Assembly (NCBI GenBank): GCA_904374385.1
Contig: CAJFGA010000002.1
Coordinates: 3,166-67,165, forward strand
DNA length: 64,000 nucleotides
Direction: 5' to 3'
Source: an uncultured Clostridia bacterium
GTDB taxonomy: Bacteria > Bacillota > Clostridia > Christensenellales > Borkfalkiaceae
The notes below the pieces were generated by a model. The model was not told where the DNA came from, ran no database searches, and saw nothing but the letters and a program-made list of their open reading frames with translations. The position numbers and the translations under genes are program-made. Position 1 is the stretch's first letter; every line of letters starts with the position of its first letter. Below are positions 28,575 to 38,534 of this stretch, one piece after another.

Positions 28575-29389
28575 TTGAGTTACAATATCTTGCAACAGAA
28601 TATAACAAATTACTTGGAACCTCTGATTTTTTAGTGTTTTTAAACACCAATAAAATCCCTGATGATTCAAACCCGAAAACGATCTGCACGCTTTTAGCTT
28701 TGAGAATGCCTTTTGCGATTAATGATGCAGATGCGGAAACGATCAATGTTACAATCACATGTGATTTAATTGCATCAGATACTGAAATACGGGATAAGCG
28801 CCTTGCGATGATCAAGGGCATCCTCGGTTGGGTCGGGTTTCAGATACATACACCGGATGGAGAGATCTATAATTGTGATTCGTTTTTAGAGCAACAGCCG
28901 TCAGGGAATCCCCGTATTGATTCGGGGGTTATGATTCAGCAAATCACAATTACAGGTACTTGCCTTGTATCCAATGCCCAAACAGGCGCATTGGTTTCCA
29001 ATAGAATACAGACGTTTATCAACGACGATGAGGTAAAACTTGTATCGGGTACGCCTACCATACAAAAAGGAACGGATGATGTGTTTAATCTTTCTGATAC
29101 CACGTCATTGACAGAACTTTTTACTATTTCCCGTACGAATACTGTCGAATATACGATCTTATATCGTGGGCTTGATATCGATAAAACTTTTATCAAAATA
29201 CTTGAAGGGGAAACAGATGAGATAGATCAATTATTTACCGTTAAGCGAATATATCCATGGAATCCGGACTATACATTTACTAATACGATGAAATTGACCG
29301 GAGGAAACATTATACATCAAGCCGGGGCGTTTTTAACATATCATATTATCCTTCAAAAGGTGGAGGAAGAAGAGGATGCCGATACCTAA
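28571..29389 (+). CDS. Putative tail terminator/tube-like structural protein
   Basis: ATGA coupling; beta-rich composition. Confidence 0.5.
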   Translation: MIELQYLATEYNKLLGTSDFLVFLNTNKIPDDSNPKTICTLLALRMPFAINDADAETINVTITCDLIASDTEIRDKRLAMIKGILGWVGFQIHTPDGEIYNCDSFLEQQPSGNPRIDSGVMIQQITITGTCLVSNAQTGALVSNRIQTFINDDEVKLVSGTPTIQKGTDDVFNLSDTTSLTELFTISRTNTVEYTILYRGLDIDKTFIKILEGETDEIDQLFTVKRIYPWNPDYTFTNTMKLTGGNIIHQAGAFLTYHIILQKVEEEEDADT

Positions 29390-29849
29390 CACAGGTGAAT
29401 TAAATATCAATGTTTTATTTAATGGCGAGGGTGGTTCTCCGACGACAGATCAACAGGCGGGGAATCCTTCCGCGCCTACAAACATAGGACAGCCGAATGA
29501 ATCTGATCCTATATCCGCGGGAAGCAATACCGTGGCAGTTTCTGCCGGGGTCAATGTAGCTATGTCTTTGGGCAAGCAAGCAGTGGATACTGCCGTATCA
29601 AATATCGGATTGGCGACGGGAAATAATTACGCGCAGTCGCGTATTCAGGGCACAATTTCGGCTTTTTCGACTATTGCAGGGCTTGCTGCATCTGCGGCAA
29701 ATCCCATAACGTTTGCGGCCGCGGCAGGCTCTCTTATCATTTCCGGTGTTTCGCAGGTGTACCGTACGGTTAAAGAACGACAATGGGATAACCGCCGCGC
29801 CGCTCAATATTCTGTTTTATATGGGTTTTCAAGTGAAGAGGGTAGATAA
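29376..29849 (+). CDS. Ala/Gly/Ser-rich 157-aa protein (mini tape-measure or pilot-like)
   Basis: Hydrophobic Ala-rich helices at the position normally taken by the tape-measure gene. Confidence 0.45.
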   Translation: MPIPNTGELNINVLFNGEGGSPTTDQQAGNPSAPTNIGQPNESDPISAGSNTVAVSAGVNVAMSLGKQAVDTAVSNIGLATGNNYAQSRIQGTISAFSTIAGLAASAANPITFAAAAGSLIISGVSQVYRTVKERQWDNRRAAQYSVLYGFSSEEGR

Positions 29850-29903
29850 ATTTTTTTGGAGGATAGGAAGTATCCTGTTAATAAATAAAAAGGGACGGCA
29901 TTA

Positions 29904-30118
29904 GCGGCGTAGCGATAGGGATTTATCGCTACGCCGCAACTATATTTGCCCTACGGCAAGTTATATTGCTAACGCAGTTATATTTTGCTTTCAGCAAAGT
30001 GTTATTTCTCTATTCGAGAGAAGTTAAGGCAAATATAATATAACTTCGGCTGAAAGTCGAAATATAACTTTTAGACTTGTTCTGAAAATATAACTGTTTG
30101 CAAAGCAAACAATATCAC
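29904..30118 (+). ncRNA. Candidate structured element: heptamer/hairpin ladder
   Basis: 14-bp hairpin, four GTTATAT-like heptamers each followed by a hairpin, then four ATATAAC-like heptamers separated by hairpins; G-U pairs favour the + strand. Confidence 0.65.
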
Positions 30119-30153
30119 TTTACTAAAAACTCAATTTATGGTATAATAACTAC

Positions 30154-30510
30154 ATGAGTGAAAGCATTATAAGAGAAAAAGCAAAAGAATTTGCAAAAAA
30201 CATAGTATTCCTTACAAAGGAAATCAAGATAAATAAAAAAGAGAGTGTATTATCCAATCAATTACTACGTTCAGGAACAAGTATCGGCGCAAATATCCAC
30301 GAAGCGCAATACGCACAAGGAACGGCAGACTTTATTTCAAAGCTAGAAATAGCATTAAAAGAATGTTTTGAGAGCGAATATTGGTTAGAACTATTATTTG
30401 AAACAGGTTATATAGAAGAAAAACAATATAAAAAACTTAATAACGATTGTGGGGTTATAAGAAAAATGCTAATTTCTTCTTGTAAAACCTTAAAGGCAAA
30501 AAATGATTAG
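30154..30510 (+). CDS. Four-helix-bundle protein (TIGR02436 / 23S rRNA IVP / Avd-like fold)
   Basis: QLLRSGTSIGANIHEA...DFISKLEIALKE..E..YWLELL; TATAAT ends 6 nt before the ATG and there is no SD. Confidence 0.9.
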   Translation: MSESIIREKAKEFAKNIVFLTKEIKINKKESVLSNQLLRSGTSIGANIHEAQYAQGTADFISKLEIALKECFESEYWLELLFETGYIEEKQYKKLNNDCGVIRKMLISSCKTLKAKND

Positions 30511-31099
30511 CGTTTCAAAACATTACGATTTACTTATAGAAAACGGCAACGATCCTGTTTTAGACGGGAAATTATTATCCGAATATATGAACAAGTGGGA
30601 TGGAGAAGAATTTATCAATCTTCTTGACTTGGATAAAAATAAAACTGTTCTCGAAATAGGTTGCGGTACGGGTAGAATTGCTAAAAAAATCGTTGATTTA
30701 TGTAAAATATACGTTGGAATAGACGTTTCGCAAAAAACGATAAACGTAGCAAGAAATCATTTTAAGAAGGAAACAAACGCAACGTTCATTGACGGTGATT
30801 TTCTCAATTATGATTTTACTAAAATGTATGACGTGATTTGTTCCACATTAACTTTTATGCATATTCAAGATAAAGAATATGCTCTAACGAAAATCTTCAG
30901 TTTGCTAAAACAAGACGGCAAAGCGGTATTATCGATAGATAAAAATCAGCAAACTTATATAAATACCGGTTATAGCAGAATTACGATTTTTCCAGATACC
31001 CCGAATACAATATGTGGGCTTTTGAGACAGATAGGGTTTTCTAATATAGAGGTAAAGGAAATAGAATTTGCCCATATAATTAGCTGTATAAAAAATTGA
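30503..31099 (+). CDS. Class I SAM-dependent methyltransferase
   Basis: VLEIGCGTG, GIDVS and GDF motifs; overlaps the upstream gene. Confidence 0.88.
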   Translation: MISVSKHYDLLIENGNDPVLDGKLLSEYMNKWDGEEFINLLDLDKNKTVLEIGCGTGRIAKKIVDLCKIYVGIDVSQKTINVARNHFKKETNATFIDGDFLNYDFTKMYDVICSTLTFMHIQDKEYALTKIFSLLKQDGKAVLSIDKNQQTYINTGYSRITIFPDTPNTICGLLRQIGFSNIEVKEIEFAHIISCIKN

Positions 31100-31233
31100 A
31101 GTATAGCACACTATACTTTGCAAGCAATGTCGTGTGTTTTTGCAAAGCAAAAAAGACAAAGGGTAACAAAATTTGCTACCCTTTTACAATGTACTAAAAA
31201 ATCCCTAATGGGGACGCGCTTTAACCGTCCTTT

Positions 31234-31776
31234 TTATATAACAATATAAAGCTGATTTAATTCTTCCCGATCGGGATTGCGCTGTATAAATTGAAACCCT
31301 TTAGAAGTATAGTAGGGCAAAAGTTCATCTTTGCAATCGAGATAAACAAGACGACCGCCGATGTATGCTTGTGCGTTTTTTATGTATTGGATAGCAAGTT
31401 CAAGCAGCTTTGCACCAGTCCCTTTCGGCGTAAGATCGTTTCGCGCAAGCTGTCCTATCAAGTACGCTGGGACTTGATTATCTGTTTTCCCCGAGAGTCT
31501 CTTTTTTGTTCGGTTAGATATATCTCCTTCAAAAGAGAATACTTTCAGAGCCAAAGAGAAATACCCGTCTAATTGAAGATGTCCGTCTTTGCTGGCTTTA
31601 TCGTTGAAAAGCAAAAAAGTGGCAGCTTGTTGATCTCTCTCAAATTGGACAGCCAAGTCTTTTAAAAAATTTTGAACATCTATATCTCTTTCGCAGGAAA
31701 ACGAAGATAAAGCCCCTTCTACAGAGGCTTTATCTATAAAAGGATTTTCAATTACTTGTCGGAGCGGTAAAACCAT
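31234..31776 (-). CDS. GNAT acetyltransferase, probable type II toxin
   Basis: FSCERD.DVQNFL, PAYLIGQLARN, GGRLVYLDC and Y...GF. Confidence 0.8.
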   Translation of the reverse strand: MVLPLRQVIENPFIDKASVEGALSSFSCERDIDVQNFLKDLAVQFERDQQAATFLLFNDKASKDGHLQLDGYFSLALKVFSFEGDISNRTKKRLSGKTDNQVPAYLIGQLARNDLTPKGTGAKLLELAIQYIKNAQAYIGGRLVYLDCKDELLPYYTSKGFQFIQRNPDREELNQLYIVI

Positions 31777-31934
31777 TTACGCATAAACTCCTCTTGCTCT
31801 TTTGTAGGTTGGCAGGAGGTAGGTTTTATTTCGGAAAAAGCTCTATGCTCACTTGCTAAAGCGTCGCGGATTTCCTTGCATTTAGCAGGGTCTTTGACAA
31901 CAACAACATCTTGTTCAATTGTAACAGTAGCCAT
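31752..31934 (-). CDS. Small protein, probable antitoxin
   Basis: AAGGAGGTG RBS; overlaps the GNAT start. Confidence 0.6.
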   Translation of the reverse strand: MATVTIEQDVVVVKDPAKCKEIRDALASEHRAFSEIKPTSCQPTKEQEEFMRKWFYRSDK

Positions 31935-32125
31935 TTGAAACACCTCCTTATAGTTATTCTTGCAATATGCAGTATTAGTTTGTCAAAAAGATATACTTTA
32001 TACACAGAGTGTAACACAAAATTCTTGATTTGTAAAGTATTTATTTAGAAAAATATTGACAACTTTATGTCTATTATATACTATGCGGAGGAGAAAAAAA
32101 ACTATAACTGCCAAAAAAAAGACGG

Positions 32126-32719
32126 TTATTCACCGTCTTTTTTGTTTGCTTCTAATTCCTGTACGCGCTTTTCAAGTTCGGCTATGCGTTCAGATTTTGT
32201 TTGAATATTAGGATGGGTTGATTTATAATGTATATAAATATTTATTGCAAGAACAATAGTACAAAATATAAATATTATAAAGCCTATATAAAAAGCTACA
32301 TGAGGAATAGTTGTTAAAATTTCATCACTATAATCATCAATATGAGAAAAATTAAATTCTTTGGCTTTACTTACGATATATGATACTATAAAAACGAATG
32401 AAAGGATAGAGCAACTACACGATAAATTTAAAAAGATTTTTTTCTTTTTTATTAAGTAACAAATGGATAAAAGTATATATGCAACAACAAAGACAACAAT
32501 CAAAATATTGAATATGTCATGCATGTTAAATAGTATACCTTTTTTTATTTGATAATTAATTACTTTATTATCAATAATAGTTTTATAACGATCGCCATAT
32601 CGTATATAAGTAAATTTTAAAGTATACATGGGAGAAAAAAGCATTACAATGTATAAGATAATGGAAATCAAAGTTATCCACAACTGATATTTAATTACGA
32701 ATGATTTCAGTCTATTCAT
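32126..32719 (-). CDS. AT-rich 4-TM membrane protein
   Basis: Four hydrophobic segments, coiled-coil C-tail, GGAGG RBS. Confidence 0.7.
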   Translation of the reverse strand: MNRLKSFVIKYQLWITLISIILYIVMLFSPMYTLKFTYIRYGDRYKTIIDNKVINYQIKKGILFNMHDIFNILIVVFVVAYILLSICYLIKKKKIFLNLSCSCSILSFVFIVSYIVSKAKEFNFSHIDDYSDEILTTIPHVAFYIGFIIFIFCTIVLAINIYIHYKSTHPNIQTKSERIAELEKRVQELEANKKDGE

Positions 32720-32836
32720 AATTCCCTCCTAAATCAATTATATCACGGAGTTAAAGAAATTTCAATAAAAATCCTCTAAATTATTTCTTTACTTCATTAA
32801 CTTTTTAATATATAATGTTTATGGAGGTGTGTTTAT

Positions 32837-33199
32837 ATGAAAAAAAACAGAGTAAGGACAATTACGACAATTTATACGATTTGTTATACTATTGAGTTAA
32901 TTTGCATGATCATCTATGCGATCATGATGGGCTCAAGGGCAGATTGGGTGAATCTGATCATAGCTTTTGTTTTGTCTACCGTCAATATGGTATTGCTTTG
33001 GTCGTTAAGCGAGGTGATCGACAGAGTAAATGATTTGGAAGAGATATTGGAAAAGAAAGAAATCATTCCCAAAAGAGATCGCTTTGACGGTAAAGAAGAA
33101 GATCCGCAAAACATGCGGATATGCAAATCCTGCGGATATCAAATATTTCCGGAAGATGAAAAGTGCAGGAATTGCGGCGCGAAAGTCGATAAAGAATAG
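32837..33199 (+). CDS. 2-TM membrane protein with C-terminal zinc ribbon
   Basis: CKSCG...CRNCG; GGAGGTG RBS; terminator at 33211-33238. Confidence 0.75.
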   Translation: MKKNRVRTITTIYTICYTIELICMIIYAIMMGSRADWVNLIIAFVLSTVNMVLLWSLSEVIDRVNDLEEILEKKEIIPKRDRFDGKEEDPQNMRICKSCGYQIFPEDEKCRNCGAKVDKE

Positions 33200-33267
33200 A
33201 ATGAAGAATAAAAAGCACGGTTGCCGCCGTGCTTTTTTCATACAAAAAATTTAAAGGAGCGGAATGC

Positions 33268-35787
33268 ATGATAAAGTCGCATTTGGAACTGTATCTCAAT
33301 GGGCAATGGAAATCGTACGATATATATAATCAATCGATTTTCGATGAACGCTGTGACGGGCAAATTAAAAGCGCCATGTGTTATATTATCACAACGGAAA
33401 AAACACGTTTTAAACCAATGCGCAAGGCAAAACTTGTTGTAGAGGACGGAACAACGTCAAAAACTTTTTATTACTTTGCATACTTTAAAAGTCAACAGCG
33501 CGGCCCCAATTATTGGTGGCATGAAGTAACATTGATCGACGTTGCCAAAAAGGTACAGGGTCAGCTTATAGACGGGATGCGCGTCGTTCAAAATGAAAAT
33601 AATTCGATTACGCTATATGACACTTTCAAACGCTTGTGCGACACAACACAGTTTCGCCTGACGTCGGAAAGCAATTTTTATACTCCGACTTTATCCAGTA
33701 CCATAATACAGATCATGCAAGCAATTCCTTCTCCGGAATATTCTTGGTCATGCCGTACGCTCATGTGGGAATGTTTAAAAGAGATTGGTATAGATATGGG
33801 CGGGTATTTCCCTTCCGTGGCTTTTGGGGATAACGGGGAATATATCTTATCGTTCTTTCAAACCGATAATATCACGAACACGATAACCGAGTTAAAATAT
33901 ATTTCCATTGCCGAAGGGTATGACGCTAACCAAGTCTGTTCAGAAATCGATACGGATATTGCCAATATCATTGCAACCAATCAGGGTACGGCAAGCGTTG
34001 TATTTCCAAGTCAAAACGGATGGATATCACCGAGAACGGATGATGTGCAGCTAACGACGGATAATTGTGAAATACAAATACCCAATGTAATAGAAAAAAT
34101 AATACGAATTTGGGTAAAAACTGAGGGGATTTCTGTTCAAATTGAAAGTCTCGATCTTGATGTATATGTGGATTTGCAAGAGTTATTGGGAATAGAAAAA
34201 TTAGATGTAACAAAATATATTCCTGAATATAAAAAATATAATTCATTAGAAACCATTGGGGCAGGGTACACTTTATGGGAAACGGATTTATATAAAAACA
34301 ATACATGTTATTGGACAGAAGATTCTGGGAATATTACCCTTGTACCAGAAACGTATTGGATTGGAACACCGTTTAGAAAACCTGCTTTTTTAAATATTAT
34401 CACAGCCTCTGTTTTTAATGCTTATGGGACAGGGAATTCTAATAAAATCTCTGTCAATGGGGAAGAAGTTTCATTTTTTGGTCCAAGGGAAAACACTGAT
34501 CCAAGAAATCTCCAATTCCGCGTAGAATACATCCCGCGGGATTCTTCGACAAAAATACGCGCGGTAAAGCAAGAGAAATGCGATTACGAATATGTATTGC
34601 CATATAATCAACGAGCGGAAATCGTTGACGCGCCGTCGCTTGGGCAAGAGTTAGATAAATCTGTCAATCAAATGGGCGTAAACTATATTAAAACAGTGCA
34701 AAAATACAAAACTCTTGACGATATACTGCCGATCGGTACGGCGTATATAGACGGTGCGGATACTTATATTTTAACGGTCAATGAACATGAGCAGATATCG
34801 AACAAAAACATCACGGTAACGCATTCCTTTTCAAAAAACTGGTCAATGCTGTCGGAATATTTGAAGCAAAATAAACAGTATCGAAACACGAATATTCCGA
34901 CGGATATACTTGTAAGAAATCTGCATTATCAAGATTTTATCGAGTTATCTGAAACGAAAAGTGCCAATTACAGCGGATTTCTTTCTGTAAGCGGGCGATC
35001 TTATATTTCGAAAGCACTTTCCGGCGGTGTAACAAGCGTCAACACGGAAATAAACAATATGTGTATTTATAGAGGAGAGGGGACGACAGAGGGCGTAATT
35101 GTTTCCTGCTCCTCTTTTGCTGTAAAGAAATCGCTTGTATTTTCGGGAAAGATGCAAAATAATTTGACGGCAAGCAAGAAAGTAGACCCGGATAATGATT
35201 ATTATTGCCAAGACGTTTTATATACGGATGAAAACGGAGAGATAGAAACCGGCAGTATTTTATTAGGCGTTGGGATTCTCGGCACAAGTCTGAATGCGAA
35301 TAGTCTGCCGGAATCGAATACTTATGAAAACAGGTTAAATCAAACTCTTGCGAGCGGAGTATTTAATTTTGAAAAATCATCTGCGGAGCATATTAACTTT
35401 ACATACCAAATTCATTTTGTAAGCGAAATGCCCGATATCGTTATAGGGCACATGTTGGCTGAGAGCTGTCCTTTGATTCAAGACAGGACAGAGTCGTTGA
35501 CCTATCAGCTTTGGGGCTTGAAAAAACCGCTTTCCAAAATGGCAACGGTCGTGAATTCCGTGGTCGGGTCAAAAGTTGCAGACATTAACAGCAATAATAT
35601 GTTAAATTATTGGGCTGTAACAGATGACAGTATTTTGCTTACGTTAAGCGGAAAACTGCCGTCCGACAGTATAGGTTGGGCAATTACGGATGAAAACGGT
35701 CGGCTTTATCTTGCGCGTAACAGCAAACCGAATGAAAGCCAAACGATCTATTTTAACTATAAGCACAAATATCATGAACAAGATTAG
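33268..35787 (+). CDS. Large tail/baseplate protein
   Basis: 839 aa, beta-rich; structural operon resumes; AAGGAG RBS. Confidence 0.6.
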   Translation: MIKSHLELYLNGQWKSYDIYNQSIFDERCDGQIKSAMCYIITTEKTRFKPMRKAKLVVEDGTTSKTFYYFAYFKSQQRGPNYWWHEVTLIDVAKKVQGQLIDGMRVVQNENNSITLYDTFKRLCDTTQFRLTSESNFYTPTLSSTIIQIMQAIPSPEYSWSCRTLMWECLKEIGIDMGGYFPSVAFGDNGEYILSFFQTDNITNTITELKYISIAEGYDANQVCSEIDTDIANIIATNQGTASVVFPSQNGWISPRTDDVQLTTDNCEIQIPNVIEKIIRIWVKTEGISVQIESLDLDVYVDLQELLGIEKLDVTKYIPEYKKYNSLETIGAGYTLWETDLYKNNTCYWTEDSGNITLVPETYWIGTPFRKPAFLNIITASVFNAYGTGNSNKISVNGEEVSFFGPRENTDPRNLQFRVEYIPRDSSTKIRAVKQEKCDYEYVLPYNQRAEIVDAPSLGQELDKSVNQMGVNYIKTVQKYKTLDDILPIGTAYIDGADTYILTVNEHEQISNKNITVTHSFSKNWSMLSEYLKQNKQYRNTNIPTDILVRNLHYQDFIELSETKSANYSGFLSVSGRSYISKALSGGVTSVNTEINNMCIYRGEGTTEGVIVSCSSFAVKKSLVFSGKMQNNLTASKKVDPDNDYYCQDVLYTDENGEIETGSILLGVGILGTSLNANSLPESNTYENRLNQTLASGVFNFEKSSAEHINFTYQIHFVSEMPDIVIGHMLAESCPLIQDRTESLTYQLWGLKKPLSKMATVVNSVVGSKVADINSNNMLNYWAVTDDSILLTLSGKLPSDSIGWAITDENGRLYLARNSKPNESQTIYFNYKHKYHEQD

Positions 35788-35825
35788 GCGGGTATACCGT
35801 CTTTTATTTTTGTAAGGAGGACAAA

Positions 35826-37637
35826 ATGCAAATCAAGTTATCGGATGATGGGTCGATTACTTTTTTAGACGGGAACAATATCAACCGAAACACTCTGAAC
35901 AGAAAGAGGCTGATCGTTACGCTCGAAACGGAGCTTGCAACGCGTGAAAGCCTTTGGGTGCAGTTCGGAGATTCACAAGACTTTGAAGATGAAGAAGCGG
36001 AAATACTGGAGCCGGTCATGCTTGCCAAAGAAACAGACGGGAGCCGCTATTTTACTCTTATTCCTGCAGAAGTTGTGCAAAAGCCCGGAACATGGTATAT
36101 GACCTTAGCTATCCGAATGTATTCTACGGACGATACGACGTTTTCAGAACAGCTTACAAGTGAAAAAGTTTCATTTGTAATCAACGATAGCTATCCCTTG
36201 GAGGATGGGGGTTATGTTTCGAATGGTACGGTTGCCAATGCGTGGAATAACACCATTGAAATCGAAGATGCGCTCAAAAACGGAAAATATCCCGCAAGGG
36301 CGTTTCTCGATTGGGTTTCCGATGTCACATATAACAAAGACGAAATCACGTTTTATCCGATTGGGGATTACGGGGTATTTGTCCAGTCGCTCATAGACGG
36401 AAACAGCAATCACCCGCCATATGAGGATGGAGAGCTTAACAGTACCTATTGGAAAGTGGTCGCAGATTTAAGCGGCATGTCGGCGCAGGAAACGATCGAT
36501 CAGATATTGCTCGGTTCCACAATTTCGCATGTAGGGACTTCTTCATCGACGCATCCGAACACGATCGAATTTTATGGCACGGGAGTTATCAACAACGAGC
36601 AAGACCTGCAGTTGCACATGATTCTTCCGGTGAAAGCGGGCGAAGGCATTCAATTTACTGCAGACGATACCGAAAACCGAATCGTGATCAGCGCAACGGG
36701 AGGAGGGGGCGACACCAATCCTGAGATTCCCGACCCGACGGAAGCGGACAGCGGAAAAGTGCTGGGCGTATCGGAGGAAGGGAAATATGTCTTGTTAAAT
36801 CCGGGAACGGCAGGGCAGCTTGTAACGTTGGTGTGCCTGTCAAACTTGGTAGGCCCGGATATCCCTACGGATAATCAAGGGTTTTCCTTCCCGCAGTCAT
36901 TCTTCAACCGTACGCCCGTGGTCAACGACGGCTTTACGGCGATCTATCATTTGACTTCCGGCGGTGAGGTATTGGCGACATACAGCCTTGCCTTAGTAGT
37001 CATATCCGTCAGTGAGGCAAGCGGCGTCAATGCGCAGGTGCGCGACGTTATCGATATTACATCCACGGGAGGCGGCACGGGCGGTGATGGTATCGAGAAT
37101 AACGAAGTCATCGTGCAGTACGACACGCTTCCGACGGCAACGGCGGACAGTCCCGACTTTGTGCAAACCCCTGACGGGACTTTGTATAGAAAAAGCAAAC
37201 GCGAAAGCGCTGCAGGGGCTTATACATGGAATAATACGCCCACTTCTCCGACTGCGGCGATAAATGCATCGATCGATTTTACCTACCAAGGCGCAGCGCA
37301 AACATCGATGAGTATCGGCAGTACGGGCGGTATAGTGTCGATAGCATATTACCCCGCCGCGTTCCTATATACCTCGGCGACGGGTTGGGGGAGTCTGTCT
37401 AAGGATTTCACGATACAATCGGACGAAATCCCCGCGGATTTGGCGGAGTATCTGGGCACGAATGCCACAAGGCAGGGAGCCGCTACCATACTGTACAGCT
37501 ATGAAGTGGTGGGCGGCGCAGATATTACATTTGCGACGAATGAAGAAATAGACGCATTGTTTACCGAAACACAGGCGCCGACGGTGGAAACATCGCCGAA
37601 CAGCGCGGGCGGCACGACATATAATATCACATTGTGA
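35826..37637 (+). CDS. Baseplate upper/tail fibre protein
   Basis: BppU-like N-terminus, Gly linkers, C-terminal ATNEEIDALF. Confidence 0.6.
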   Translation: MQIKLSDDGSITFLDGNNINRNTLNRKRLIVTLETELATRESLWVQFGDSQDFEDEEAEILEPVMLAKETDGSRYFTLIPAEVVQKPGTWYMTLAIRMYSTDDTTFSEQLTSEKVSFVINDSYPLEDGGYVSNGTVANAWNNTIEIEDALKNGKYPARAFLDWVSDVTYNKDEITFYPIGDYGVFVQSLIDGNSNHPPYEDGELNSTYWKVVADLSGMSAQETIDQILLGSTISHVGTSSSTHPNTIEFYGTGVINNEQDLQLHMILPVKAGEGIQFTADDTENRIVISATGGGGDTNPEIPDPTEADSGKVLGVSEEGKYVLLNPGTAGQLVTLVCLSNLVGPDIPTDNQGFSFPQSFFNRTPVVNDGFTAIYHLTSGGEVLATYSLALVVISVSEASGVNAQVRDVIDITSTGGGTGGDGIENNEVIVQYDTLPTATADSPDFVQTPDGTLYRKSKRESAAGAYTWNNTPTSPTAAINASIDFTYQGAAQTSMSIGSTGGIVSIAYYPAAFLYTSATGWGSLSKDFTIQSDEIPADLAEYLGTNATRQGAATILYSYEVVGGADITFATNEEIDALFTETQAPTVETSPNSAGGTTYNITL

Positions 37638-37646
37638 GGAGACGAC

Positions 37647-38234
37647 ATGTTTACAAGGAATTATAAAGTATTCGAAATATCGAACAAACTCAATTTTACG
37701 CTCAAATGGGCGAATACGGAAACATCTAAGCAGGATTATGCGCGTTATAATTTGGTGGCAAGTCCTAAAGATATAAATGGTTCTACAGATTATGTTTCTG
37801 TGGATGAAACAGTTTATACGGGTGCCTATAAGTTGGTTCGGTGGCATAATAATGCGCTGCCGACATCGACCCTTAACAATGACAGTTACCTGTTGTTTGG
37901 AAGCAGTACGACAACGCCTACAATAGACGATTATCAAATGGAGGATGCCTTTGGTGCAGATACCCTGCAATATGTATCGCAGTCTACATCGAGCACAATA
38001 AATGACGAAACGCAGACATATCAATTGATATTTACCAATACGCTGCGTAATATAACGAGCAGCGATATTACAATCAAAGAAGTCGGGTATATCAAGGGGA
38101 TTTACAGCTTAGTAAACGGCGAGGGCTCGAACGTGAGCAACCCACATTTCCTGTTTTGGAGGGAGGTTCTCACAACGCCGATTACGATCGCGGCGGGCGC
38201 GACAAAGACGATCACCACTGTAATTACATTCTAA
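37647..38234 (+). CDS. Putative tail fibre-associated protein
   Basis: FG...TTPTIDDY...DITIKEVG...REVLTTPITI pattern. Confidence 0.55.
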   Translation: MFTRNYKVFEISNKLNFTLKWANTETSKQDYARYNLVASPKDINGSTDYVSVDETVYTGAYKLVRWHNNALPTSTLNNDSYLLFGSSTTTPTIDDYQMEDAFGADTLQYVSQSTSSTINDETQTYQLIFTNTLRNITSSDITIKEVGYIKGIYSLVNGEGSNVSNPHFLFWREVLTTPITIAAGATKTITTVITF

Positions 38235-38248
38235 AGAGGTGAAAGCAA

Positions 38249-38524
38249 ATGGCAGTAAATAAAGTCATGCTGAACGAAAGCACGCTGATAGACCTTACCG
38301 CGGACACTGCGACCGTAGAAGATGTGGCGGAAGGCAAAACATTTCATTTGGCAAGCGGTGAGCAAGCAGTAGGCACAGGCACGGGCGGAGGCGGTGACAT
38401 ATCATACCCCGCTATGACCATTGTAGACTTGTCCGAAGAAGGCGCTAACGGGCAATACGGAGCAAATTTTCAAATATCTATTCCAACGATGCAAATCAGC
38501 TTTACTGCAGTAGATGCAAACTAA
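38249..38524 (+). CDS. Short fibre-like protein
   Basis: N-domain MAVNKV...LIDLTADT...GKTFHLASGE. Confidence 0.65.
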   Translation: MAVNKVMLNESTLIDLTADTATVEDVAEGKTFHLASGEQAVGTGTGGGGDISYPAMTIVDLSEEGANGQYGANFQISIPTMQISFTAVDAN

Positions 38525-38534
38525 GGAGGCAAAA

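Noticed and set aside
29938-30118. CRISPR or type III TA (toxI-like) tandem array
   Set aside because: Repeats are only 7 nt and invert midway; the spacers are self-complementary hairpins; no Cas or ToxN-like gene is recognised
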